DNA of 17,484 bases from Negativicutes bacterium. Lineage in GTDB: Bacteria > Bacillota > Negativicutes > UBA1444. The notes beneath the pieces were generated by a model. That model saw only the letters and a program-made list of their open reading frames with translations, had not been told where the DNA came from and made no database searches. Shown here piece by piece: positions 1 through 9,232 of this stretch. Location: the NCBI GenBank assembly GCA_963665275.2, contig CAXXIN010000020.1, positions 1-17,484 on the forward strand, written 5' to 3'. Within the stretch, counting starts at the first letter, position 1, and the number at the start of each line of letters is the position of its first letter. The translations under genes and the position numbers were made by a program.

Positions 1-1436
1 ATACTTCCCTTGTTGGTCAACTCGGGAAAAGATCTTCAACGCCTTGACAATATCACTTACCCGCCTCAACCCTTCTTGCGTCTCACGAAAAGTCACGTCA
101 ACGTCTTGCAGAATATAGTCGATTTTCTTCTGTTTTTCCAAAGCCAACAGTTCCTCGTTTTTTTTGTTGCAACTCGCTGTCAACAGACGCCATAACATCA
201 TGACGGAAACCGCGAAATGCAGTCAAAACTTCGACCATTCGACCCATATACTTTTGAAGCGTTTCAAAGTTACTCATCGCAAAACCCAAGGGATTATTTA
301 TTTCATGGCAACCCCAGCTGCCAATTGCCCGATTGACGCCATTTTTTCCTGGTGAATTACTTGACTTTGCGCATTCTGCAATTCACTGTAGGCTTTTTCC
401 ACCTCGGCAATTTTTCTTTTTCAGTTCCCTTGTCGCTCTTCAACTTGAATTTCCAAACCATCCAGCGTATATTGCAAGGCAGTCTCAAAAAGATGTTGCC
501 GTTTTAATAGAAAAAACAATCCCGTAGTAAATAGCAAAATCACTGTTGTAATGAGTCCTGCAGCAATATAGTAACTTTGACCCGTTGATGAAACGCTTCA
601 AAATATTCGGCTTCATCTACACCAACCAATACAATCAAAGGATAATCTTTCATCCTGCGAAAACTATAAACCGCGTAAAGCTATCCACCGCGCTTGAGGA
701 AATGAAACTTCCTTTCGCGTCCTTTGCCGCCTTGTTCATTAAAGCGCTCTTCCTGACATCCTGGCCTATTTCGCTATCTTGGCCTGATTGTCTGGCCCTC
801 ACGATCCCGTCGGTACCAACCAACGTGACCGATGCTTTTTTCCCGATGTCCAGTTCCTTGTAAAACTCCGTGAAATAGAAGGGGTCCATCGAAATAACAC
901 GACACCGCCAAAACTGCCATCCGTTATTGACCCGTCGCGTCATTTGAATCGACCATTTGCCGGATGAACGTCCCAATACGGGTTTGCTAATATATAACTG
1001 TTTGCTGTCCTTTGTCCCTATGTACGCGAAAGTGTTCCCGATCACCCAGGTAGGATGAAACAAAAGGAACTTGATTGCTGATGGCAAAATTTCCTTCCTC
1101 ATCAATCACACCCATCAGAACAAACGGCTGACTGGAAAACCGGCCTTCACTTACATACTGGGGAATATCGATGGAACGTCTTGCCTTTCATACTCGGATT
1201 TCAAGAAAAGGACAGTCTGATCTGCCCCCGTATTGTCCGTAAGGTATGCTCTTCAAAACTTCGGGCATAATTTTTTGTTTCTTTAAGCGCATTATCCATC
1301 TCCTGTTTATTTTCAGCCTCGATTTTCCAAAACACCCAACCCAGATAACGCAAACCAGAAAAACCCCAAATAAAGCTACCATATAGCCGATATTACGGAC
1401 ATTATAAATCTTTTTGCCGGAAAAGCTTGACGGCAT
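1..1436 (-). CDS. Membrane sensor histidine kinase with extracellular Cache/PDC domain (NtrB-like HisKA), 3' end outside window, broken by several frameshifts
   Basis: Fragments in order: N-terminal TM (1188-1436, GYMVALFGVFLVCVIWVG); Cache-like YISKPVLGRSSGKWSIQMTRR...SMDPFYF...VTLVGTDGIVRAR (650-1105); H-box reconstructed across a 1-nt deletion near 307 as [43 protein letters not shown] RBS upstream of the ATG at 1436. Confidence 0.85.
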
Positions 1437-1488
1437 TTTCCCACTCCCTATTGCATCTTCAAACTAATTTGATAGCATTAACTGTGTA

Positions 1489-1512
1489 TTTCGACATTGC
1501 AATCATTCACCT
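1489..1512 (-). promoter_or_regulatory. Possible sigma-H-like promoter of the histidine kinase (AGGT-N16-GAAA)
   Basis: Minus strand reads agAGGTgaatgattgcaatgtcGAAAt. It resembles the AGGA-N17-GAAW elements at 8441 and 13520 but differs in one base and in spacing. Confidence 0.3.
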
Positions 1513-1569
1513 CTTATAAAACAACAGCAGCCGGACCATTATAGGCCCGGATGCTGTTGTTTTATAAGA
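1512..1569. terminator. Intrinsic terminator hairpin after the B3/4 gene (possibly bidirectional)
   Basis: Perfect 18-bp inverted repeat TCTTATAAAACAACAGCA (1512-1529) / TGCTGTTGTTTTATAAGA (1552-1569) with further CCGG/CCGG pairing inside, about 37 nt past the stop at 1606. Confidence 0.8.
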
Positions 1570-1605
1570 ACATCAGCAACATCACTATTATTATTGATTT
1601 CACAT

Positions 1606-2309
1606 TCAAAATTCCATCATGGTAACTTCCCTGTTCACCAGGCCGACTTTGATTTCGCAGCCAAAAAAGCGCGCAAGCAGCTCCGCCAACTCGTCACGCG
1701 CTGCGATCACGCGATCCAGATTATCATCAGCAAATCCATCAATCGGGAAAAAGATGTTCCGGCTGGGCTCCGCAACCTTGCCTTCCTCGCTCTGTCGCCA
1801 TATCCAACGCCGGGTCTTCCACCCGATCACCTGCGGAATAAATTAATTCGCCAGCTTCCAATATTTCCGCCTGGATTTCGCCAAACGGCGTAAACTGATC
1901 CCCCTGACGGGAAAACCGCACCCTGATATCGCCGCCGGCAGCATCGATATCATGGGCGCCCATTGGCAATAAATACTTCAACGACATCGCATTACCAAGA
2001 TCAACGACCGGATTGATTGACGGAAACCCTTTTTTCTTTTCAATTCGCGAGGCCATTGCCTCAATCGAACTCATAAACTTGTTGGGGTTGATCCCCAATT
2101 TCAAAAAGGCTTCCCGATAGGGAGCAATCTCGACCGATTCTTTTGCCTTCAATAAAGCAAACTTTTCTTCCACTGCCGCAATGCTCTGCTGCAGTAATGC
2201 TGCCGGGCGGTCTTCAGCAACCCTGTTGTCAATTCCCCGCGCCACCACCACGCCCAAAACAGGCCGTCGGCAATGTCGCAAACACTTTATCCTCGACAAT
2301 AAACCTCAT
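1606..2309 (-). CDS. Standalone B3/4-domain protein (PheRS-beta editing-domain homologue), two frameshifts
   Basis: Reconstructed MRFIVEDKVFATLPTACFGVVVARGIDN...YREAFLKLGINPNKFMSSIEAM...PSINPVVDLGNAMSLKYLLPMGAHD...GELIY..DRVKTRRWIWRQSEEGK. The SIEA, INPxVD.N..SL and RRWxWRQ motifs are typical of B3/4 proteins. AAGGAG RBS before ATG at 2309; extra G near 2255 and 1820. Confidence 0.88.
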
Positions 2310-2361
2310 ACTTTCTCCTTCCATTCTACCCTACTACCGATTTCAATATTTCGCAGAAAAA

Positions 2362-2946
2362 TTACTGTTCCAGCGCGGCAATCCCGGCCCGGAACGCTTC
2401 GAGATTGAGCTTGAGCGTTTCCGGCTTGAACGTTTGCCCGCAATCTCCGTTTCAAAATCCAGGTGGGTCAGATTCATTCCCTTGACCAAGGCGCCGAACA
2501 GAACCAAATTCATCGTACGGGCATTACCGATTCTATTGGCAATTTCACTTGCCTGAATCACTGTCGTATTCACTTTCGTCCTCAGCGTCTCCAGAACTTT
2601 GTCCGGGTAATCACACGCACCGATCAGGATCGGGCCGGACGGAATCTGGTAATCATTGACGACAATTTTACCGCCCGGTTTGAGATATTCCAGCCAACGC
2701 ATCGCTTCCATCATTTCAAATGCAACCAGAATATCGGCCTGTCCCTTGCCGATGATCGGCGAAAATACCTTATCGCCAAAACGGACCTGGTTGCTGACCG
2801 CTGCCGCCTCGCTGGGCCATCCCGTGGACTTCCGACATTTTGACGTCATAGCCCGCCGCCATAAGGCCCATCGAAAGAATTTTACCGGCTAAAATAGTGC
2901 CTTGTCCACCTACGCCGACCATCAATATGCTTTTGACGTCTGCCAT
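2362..2946 (-). CDS. iorB: Indolepyruvate:ferredoxin oxidoreductase subunit beta (frameshifted)
   Basis: MADVKSILMVGVGGQGTILAGKIL...SEVHGMAQRGGS(V)SNQVRFG...ADILVAFE..EA.RWL...N.VLFGAL. After a second shift near 2430 the C-terminus reads KPETLKLNLEAFRAGIAALEQ* with TAA at 2362-2364. Confidence 0.92.
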
Positions 2947-2947
2947 G

Positions 2948-4730
2948 TTATTCACCCACCTTGCTGATTGCTTTTACCGGACATACTTGAAGGCAAACTT
3001 TACAGCCTACACATTGCGTGGCATCGATGGTAACTTTTTTGGTCGTTTTGTCAAAGCGCAAGGCCGGGCAACCGGATTTTATGCACATCTTGCAACCGAT
3101 ACACTTTGTCTCATCCACGCGGCAAGTGCCCTGGTAATTGCCGAACTCTGCCCGGTCAGCGTCAGAATGTTTCTTTAGCACGCATGGCCAGCGGGTGATG
3201 ATGACCGACGGCTCATCCAGCGATAGCGCCCAAGCCAGAGCTTCTTTAGATTCCTTGAGGTCTAGCGGATTTACTATGCGAACCGCGTCAATCCCTAGCG
3301 CCTTTACGATTGCCGGAATATCGGCGATTTTTGTCGGCATTCCCTGCAATGTATAGCCTGTTGCCAGGATTTTCCTGATGTCCTGTCATCCCCGTAATCC
3401 GATTGTCCATGATGCAAGTAACAGTATTGCTGCGATTATACGCTACATGCAGCAAGCTGGTCATTCCTGAGTGAAAGAAAGTTGAATCACCGATTACCGC
3501 AACGACTTTTGTCTCTTCCCCTGTCCTGTTGAGGATCTGTTGAGCGCCATGGCCCATGCTGACACTGGCCCCCATACAGATACAAGTGTCTTTCGCGTTC
3601 AACGGTTCATTGCCACCTAGTGAATAACAACCGATATCACCGGTAATCATTAGGTTCTTGATTTTGCTCAGTTCATAGAAAAAACCTCGATGCGGACAAC
3701 CGGCGCAAAGTAGCGGCGGACGACCAACCACTTGCGACGGATCGCCTTCCACGCAGGGAATTGTTTCACCTCGCAACGTTTTTGCAATGATAATCCGGCG
3801 TCAATTCACCTATCGTCGGAACTTTTTCTTTGCCGATGCAGGCAATCCCGGCTGCTTTCATTTGTTCTTCCAGATAAGGCTCCAATTCTTCCACAACATA
3901 AAGAGTTCCCACTGCGGCGGCAAAGGCCCTGATTTTTTCGATCGGCAACGGATAGGTAAAGCCCAGTTTCAGATAGGATGCGTCGGGACCGAATACTTCC
4001 TGCGCATATTGATAGCCGATTTCCCGAAGTAACGATACCGATTTTCCTGTCGTTCCACTCGATGCGGTTCAAGTCTGTCAGTTCAGCGAAAATCGCCAGC
4101 TTCCGCAGCCGTTCCTCAACTACTACTCGTCGTTTGCGGGCAGTCGCCGGCACAAGATCATATTTCTGTATGTCCCGGGCATAAGGTTTTTTTGCCGTTT
4201 CCTCGCGACAGCCCAACTCCACGATACTCTTGCTGTGGCAAATCCGGGTCGTAATCCGCATTATTACCGGTGTGTCAAACTGTTCACTGATTTCCAGCGC
4301 AATCTTGACCATATCTTTGGCTTCCTGACTGTCACTTGGCTCGACCATCGCTATTTTAGCAAACTTTGCATAGTGACGGTTATCCTGCTCGTTCTGGGAA
4401 GAATGGCAGCCCGGATCGTCGGCGCTGACCAGAATCATTCCGCCATTCACGCCCGAATAGGCAAAACTGAACAAGGGGTCTGCAGCGACATTAACCCCGA
4501 CCATCTTCATCGCCGCTAAAGACACGGGCGCCAATCACGGAAGCGCCGATGGCGGCTTCCAGCGCAACCTTTTCATTTGGGGCCCACTCGGCAATGATGT
4601 CGCCCTTATATTCCGCGATATTCTCCAATATTTCGGTACTCGGTGTCCCCGGGTAGGCGCAGGCAAACATTACGCCGGCCTCCCATGCGCCTTGGGCAAT
4701 AGCTTCGTTTCCCGTCAATAACTTCTTCAT
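2948..4730 (-). CDS. iorA: Indolepyruvate:ferredoxin oxidoreductase subunit alpha (four frameshifts)
   Basis: [20 protein letters not shown]...YPGTPSTEI...NEKVALE; [16 protein letters not shown]; [12 protein letters not shown]; GDIGCY; TPP motif [10 protein letters not shown]...[14 protein letters not shown]; C-terminal 2x[4Fe-4S] CIGCKMC...CP and [12 protein letters not shown]. Extra bases near 4519, 4021, 3792 and 3361 explain the breaks. Confidence 0.95.
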
Positions 4731-4780
4731 CTCTCCGGACCTCCGCTTTTGTTCAATTTTCTGCAGCTATATTCCGTCAT

Positions 4781-5698
4781 TTACGTTCGATTGGCTGAAG
4801 CTATACAGCAAGCCAATGCAATCGAGTTCAGCTTAGCTTCGGCGGTATCGGCCCGCGACACCATCACCACGGGATGGGTTGCCCCCAGAATCACGCCGGC
4901 GCTCTTAAATTTTCCATAATGAATCAATGATTTTCCCAAGATATTGCCAGCCGCGATATCCGGCACCAGAAACAGATCCACCTGGCCGGAAATCTGCGAC
5001 GACAGGTTTTTGTGGGCTGCCGCCGACGGGCTGAGCGCAACATCCATGGCAATCGGTCCTTCGACCACCGCCGCCGGCAACTCGCCGCGGCGGCTCATTT
5101 CCGCCAAAGCCTGGGCATCCACCGTCACCGGCATTTTGGGATTGACTACCTCATTGGCCGCCAGGATTGCCACATTGGGTTTTGCGATACCCAATGCATG
5201 CAATGCCAACACGGCATTGATCAGGATCTCTTTCTTCCCGGCCAGATCCGGGGCAATGTTCATGCCTCCGTCGGTATGATAGGTTAATTTCTCGCCGTTC
5301 GGTTCCTCGAAGGCGGCGAAGTGACTGAGCAGTCGCCCCGTCCGTAGTCCGCATTCACTATGGAGCACCGCTCGCAGAAATTCGCTGCTGTTCACCAGGC
5401 CTTTAACCAATATGCCTGACTCCGTTTCACGGACAATGGCTACAGCGGTCAAGGCCGCCTTGGCCGGTTCGGCTTCATGCACGATTTTTGTCCCAACAGG
5501 CAGCCCTACCACCGCCAGCATCGGTTGAATCAGCGCGCTGTCGCCAACCAGAACCGCTTCGGCCAGTCCGGCATCATGCGCGGCTTTCACCGCCCGCAAA
5601 GCTTCTTCATCCTGCGCCGCCGCAACAACCAGTCGCACCGGCCCATTTCGTTTCGCGCGTTCGATCACTTCAGAAAAATGACGCAACATATCGGTCAT
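4781..5698 (-). CDS. ptb: Phosphate butyryltransferase / branched-chain phosphotransacylase (PTA_PTB family)
   Basis: Intact 305 aa ORF: VVAAAQD..AL.AV, LVKGLVNS..FLRAVL, LRTGRLLSH, TDGGMNIAPD, VEGPIAMDVA, LVPDIAAGNILGKS, PVVMVSRAD. Adjacent to buk. The start may instead be the ATG at 5689. Confidence 0.9.
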   Translation of the reverse strand: MTDMLRHFSEVIERAKRNGPVRLVVAAAQDEEALRAVKAAHDAGLAEAVLVGDSALIQPMLAVVGLPVGTKIVHEAEPAKAALTAVAIVRETESGILVKGLVNSSEFLRAVLHSECGLRTGRLLSHFAAFEEPNGEKLTYHTDGGMNIAPDLAGKKEILINAVLALHALGIAKPNVAILAANEVVNPKMPVTVDAQALAEMSRRGELPAAVVEGPIAMDVALSPSAAAHKNLSSQISGQVDLFLVPDIAAGNILGKSLIHYGKFKSAGVILGATHPVVMVSRADTAEAKLNSIALACCIASANRT

Positions 5699-5707
5699 CG
5701 ACCTCCT

Positions 5708-6773
5708 TTACACATAGTCACGGGCTGCTTCCTCGCCGCGCAGGACCCGACGAGCCCCCGCCGCCAAAGACTCCAACTCTTCTTCGCCCGGCACAATCGT
5801 CACCGGCGCGATAAAACCCACCCGATCTGCGATGTCCGCCGTAAAATAGGTCGCATAGGCCATACCGCCAGTCAATACAATCCGGTCAACTTTTCCTTTT
5901 AACACTGTCGCCAGCGAGCCGATCGATTTTGCCACTTGATAGGCAAGGGCGTCAAGCAGCAATGCCGCCTTGGCATCGCCTGCGTCGGCCATCTGCTTGA
6001 TCTGACGGATATCCTTGGTACCCAGGGTAGGCGTGTAATCCGCCGGAGCCAAACAAGCCAGCCTTCACTTCCTGTTCGCTGTATTTACCGGAATAGCAGA
6101 GCTTTACCAACTGGCTGCAGGGTACGTTGCCGCAACGGTCCGGCGCGAACGGCCCCTCGTCTTTGCCGTCTACGATGTCGATCATCCGGCCGCCCTGATG
6201 CGTCGACAGAGAAACGCCGGTACCCAGATGAGCAACCACCAGGTTGACTTCTTCATATTTCTTGCCCAGCTCCATCGCCACTTTCCGGGCTACGGCCTTC
6301 ATGTTAAGCGCATGGGTCATACTGATCCGCTCAAACCAGGGGGAACCGGAAATGCGGGCGACCGGCTCCAGTTCATCGACGGATACGGGATCAACGATAA
6401 AAGCGGGAATCGCCAATTCTTGCCCCAATTTATAGGCGATAACCGAACCCAGGTTGGAAGCGTGCTCGCCCCGCTCCGCTTTTTCCATCTCTTGCACCAT
6501 GGGTTCAGTCACCTGATAAGTTCCGCCGGCCAGCGGTTTCATCAACCCACCGCGGCCGACCACCGCATCAAGGGAAGACAATTCAATCCCGGCCTCGGCC
6601 AGCTCACATCTTAACAATTCGATCCGATAAGGATATTGGTCAAACACGCGGGTATATGATTTCAGTTCAGCTCCATGATGTTCCACCGTCTTTTTAATCA
6701 GTACGGTTTCGCCTTCGAATACGGCGAATTTTGTTGAAGTTGCCCCCGGGTTGACTGCCAGTATCCTTTCCAC
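5708..6773 (-). CDS. buk: Butyrate / branched-chain carboxylate kinase (one frameshift near 6026)
   Basis: ILAVNPGATSTKFAVF, VVGRGGLMKP, HASNLG, FIVDPVSVDE, HALNMKAVAR, VAHLGTGVS, GPFAPDRCG, then (AY)LGTKD...YQVAKSIG...IVLTGGMAY...PGEEELESLA. Likely start is GTG at 6773, preceded by GAGGAGG. Confidence 0.95.
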
Positions 6774-6823
6774 TGCCTTCCTCCTCATTACTCAGGCGAA
6801 TGCTACGCCTCATACTATGTATA

Positions 6824-6854
6824 ACAATAAACCCTCCAGTAACAGGAGAGTCAA
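6824..6854 (-). promoter_or_regulatory. MerR-family promoter/operator upstream of buk: -35 TTGACT, 19-bp spacer, -10 TATTGT, with dyad ACCCTCCAGT-A-ACAGGAGAGT
   Basis: Minus strand TTGACTctcctgttactggagggttTATTGT: -35 at 6849-6854, -10 at 6824-6829, spacer 6830-6848 is 19 nt. The 21-bp imperfect palindrome at 6831-6851 has 8/10 matching arm positions. A MerR gene lies immediately upstream. Confidence 0.85.
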
Positions 6855-6913
6855 TATTTAATACATTATACTTATTCGTGATCACTCACGAGAATTGCCT
6901 CAATAGGAATCTG

Positions 6914-6960
6914 AAAAAAAGACAGCCTCAACATCGGATTTTACTCAATGTCGGGACTGC
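6914..6960 (-). terminator. Intrinsic terminator of the MerR gene
   Basis: Minus-strand RNA GCAGUCCCGACAUUG...CGAUGUUGAGGCUGU forms an approximately 15-bp stem (with GU pairs) followed by C-U7. Confidence 0.75.
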
Positions 6961-6998
6961 TTGTTATCTGAACGATACAACTTGATTAAGCAGGTTGA

Positions 6999-7823
6999 TT
7001 AAGCAGGATGAACCGGGATTTGAATTTCGGTCAGGAAACGTTGATTGTCCCGGGAAATAAATTCATCCACAATCGCCCGTTCTAACGCCTCGCCGGCGAT
7101 AGAGCAGCCCTGGCTGGCAACAAAATCCAGCAATGCCCGGTAATGAGCCGGCGAATCCCCGTGCAAACCCCTAAATAACAGGCAGGCATATTCTCCAGCC
7201 GGCACGGCAACCGACAGTTCGGTGTCATCAGTGGAATCCTCCACCAAAATAAATACCGAGCTATACTCCTGAAAATTGCCCAGTTGCAAATTTTCTTCCG
7301 ATACCGTAAGCCCGACCTTGCCGATAAAAATCGGCGACTGCCTGGCGCCAATTAGTTTTTCCAGTTTTCGGACCGACATTTCCAGGCTCGGACCACTCTG
7401 GACACTTTCCTGCAACCGTAATACCTGACGTTCCGGAAAAAACCGGATCTCCGCTACTTCAGTCCGCGTTCCCGACAGGACTTCCTTTAATTCATCGATC
7501 CGGCTGCCAAATTTGCGTCGGGTCATTTCCAGTTCGTGAATTTTTTCATTGATCGAAGCTTCCTGACGTTGCAGCAGATGCAAAAAATATTCCACCCGAC
7601 GGTGGGTGAAATGCGCCTTAATTTCACTCAAAGGAACGCCAAGCAATCGCAAATACTTGATAATGTCCAACTGCTCGAACTGCTCGGTTGAATAGTAACG
7701 GTAACCGGTGTGGCGGTTGACCTCTCCCGGCTTGAACAAGCCGATTTCATCGTAGTAGCGGAGGGTTTTGACTGGAATATTCATCAGTTTGGACATTTCG
7801 CCGATGGAAAATCTATTTTGCAT
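6999..7823 (-). CDS. MerR-family transcriptional regulator with C-terminal GyrI-like ligand-binding domain (BmrR/BltR-type)
   Basis: FSIGEMSKLMNIPVKTLRYYDEIGLFKP...TGYRYYS HTH, a coiled-coil linker, then PAGEYACLLFRG...GEALER...TEIQIPV GyrI-like domain; 274 aa. Confidence 0.92.
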   Translation of the reverse strand: MQNRFSIGEMSKLMNIPVKTLRYYDEIGLFKPGEVNRHTGYRYYSTEQFEQLDIIKYLRLLGVPLSEIKAHFTHRRVEYFLHLLQRQEASINEKIHELEMTRRKFGSRIDELKEVLSGTRTEVAEIRFFPERQVLRLQESVQSGPSLEMSVRKLEKLIGARQSPIFIGKVGLTVSEENLQLGNFQEYSSVFILVEDSTDDTELSVAVPAGEYACLLFRGLHGDSPAHYRALLDFVASQGCSIAGEALERAIVDEFISRDNQRFLTEIQIPVHPA

Positions 7824-7851
7824 GATTTCTCCGTCTCTCCTTGACTAATAA

Positions 7852-7892
7852 GCCCCCTGCAAGTTCCTCGCAATAAGAAACACACAGGGGGC
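7852..7892 (-). terminator. Possible terminator after bfr
   Basis: GCCCCCTG...CAGGGGGC 8-bp stem with an interior that can pair partly; only a weak U-tract (UUAUU) follows. Confidence 0.45.
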
Positions 7893-7916
7893 CTGTACCT
7901 AAAGGAAAGTCTCCGC

Positions 7917-8384
7917 TTAGTCAACTTTGGTTGTTAAATAAATACCCAATGTCATGTGACCAATCTGGTCCTGGTTCTCTTCGATCGCATCGATGTGGAC
8001 GTCTTCGTCATGCAGAATATGCTCCAAAATTTCACGGGTAGCATAATCCTTGACGTCACCGGCGAGCATAATCGCCTCATTATAAGCGGCAATCGCGCCC
8101 GCTTCCGCTTCATGATCATACTGGAACATTTTCGGCACATCGCTGCCAATATGAATCGGGTTCAGTTTGTTTACGATAGGAGTGCCTTCCAGGAACAGAA
8201 TCCGGGCGATCAATTTGGCGGTATGCTTCATTTCGTCAATGGCCCGTTTTTCAAAATGATCGTGCAGTTTTCCATAGCCCCAGTTTTCACACATCTCAGC
8301 ATGTACGATATACTGGTTGATTGCCGCCAATTCATCCGCGAGCAGTGCATTAAGAGTCTCAATCAGTTTCGGATTTCCTTTCAT
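7917..8384 (-). CDS. bfr: Bacterioferritin
   Basis: MKGNPKLIETLNALLADELAAINQY...IDEMKH...RILFLEG.P...E...DEDVHID. Ferroxidase ligands (E18, E51, H54, E94, E127, H130) and the heme Met52 are present. Confidence 0.93.
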   Translation of the reverse strand: MKGNPKLIETLNALLADELAAINQYIVHAEMCENWGYGKLHDHFEKRAIDEMKHTAKLIARILFLEGTPIVNKLNPIHIGSDVPKMFQYDHEAEAGAIAAYNEAIMLAGDVKDYATREILEHILHDEDVHIDAIEENQDQIGHMTLGIYLTTKVD

Positions 8385-8440
8385 TTCTACCTAACCCCTT
8401 TCGCATCATTTTCCGGCTGTCACAGCCTTATTGTTATGTT

Positions 8441-8465
8441 ATTCGACAACAGGCATAATAATCCT
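8441..8465 (-). promoter_or_regulatory. Sigma-H-like promoter of bfr (AGGA-N17-GAAT)
   Basis: Minus strand aaAGGAttattatgcctgttgtcGAAT matches the Firmicute SigH consensus with 17-nt spacing, about 57 nt upstream of the bfr ATG. Confidence 0.55.
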
Positions 8466-8467
8466 TT

Positions 8468-9208
8468 TCAGCGGGAAGGCAATTTCCCCGTGACCGCCGC
8501 GTAGACAGCAAAGTGGTTTTCGCCATCGACGCCAAGCAGGCTGTTCACCTTCGCATCATCGAATGCCGCAATAGCGCAGACGCCGCACTCCAGCGGCGCC
8601 GCCGCCAGATAAAGGTTCTGGCAGACATGGCCCGCATCCAAAAATACATATCGCCAGGCCCGTTCGCTATAGCGCCAGGCACTGCGATACACGTCCGCCA
8701 CCCAAAAGAAAGTGACCGCTGCCGTGGTTACCATATCTTGCCCCAAGCAGGCTTCCTGCAATAATGGGCCAATTTTCGCATCCATCCGCACTTGCCCCAC
8801 CGCATGCTCCAAGGCAATATAACGGTACAATCCGGCATTCAAGCCTTTGACCCGGTTGACCAGCACATAGGTATCCAAAGGATGCCTGGCCCCGGCCGAC
8901 GGAACCGTCCGAATCGTCGATGGCGGAATGACTTGTTGTACCCCCTGTGTACACCAGAGTAACCAGGATAATTCCTCGATACTCAGCGGAGCATGGGAAA
9001 ACCGACGGATGCTGCGCCGCCCGGTAAGAGTATTTTCCAGCAGGATCGTTCCCGTTTTTTGCTGAACCGGCTTGAGCAGGTGCATCACCGGACCGCTACC
9101 GGCATAGGGCGTTTCCAGTTCGGGCGCGACAATTCCCTGGCTCTGGTCAGAAGGGGTTAGGTGTTCATAGTGCGTCAGACGAATAAAATCCTTGCCTGTA
9201 TCTTTCAT
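8468..9208 (-). CDS. SagB/ThcOx-like nitroreductase-family flavoprotein
   Basis: RRSIRRF, LSWLLWCTQG, RTVPSAGARHPLDTY, RY..RAWRYVFLDAGHVCQNLYLAA, GVCAIAAFDD; AAGGAG RBS. Confidence 0.9.
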   Translation of the reverse strand: MKDTGKDFIRLTHYEHLTPSDQSQGIVAPELETPYAGSGPVMHLLKPVQQKTGTILLENTLTGRRSIRRFSHAPLSIEELSWLLWCTQGVQQVIPPSTIRTVPSAGARHPLDTYVLVNRVKGLNAGLYRYIALEHAVGQVRMDAKIGPLLQEACLGQDMVTTAAVTFFWVADVYRSAWRYSERAWRYVFLDAGHVCQNLYLAAAPLECGVCAIAAFDDAKVNSLLGVDGENHFAVYAAVTGKLPSR

Positions 9209-9232
9209 AATGAACTCCTTATGTTTATTCGC

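Noticed and set aside
2362-6773. Calling iorA, iorB and buk pseudogenes or programmed-frameshift genes
   Set aside because: Indels are scattered across unrelated genes, sit in short homopolymers and leave motifs intact; sequencing error is the simpler explanation.
8468-9208. SagB-like dehydrogenase as evidence of a thiazole/oxazole RiPP cluster, with the Ser/Thr-rich repeat protein as precursor
   Set aside because: No YcaO, E1-like, protease or transporter genes nearby; standalone SagB-type nitroreductases are common in anaerobes; the repeat gene is separated by its own terminator and has no Cys.
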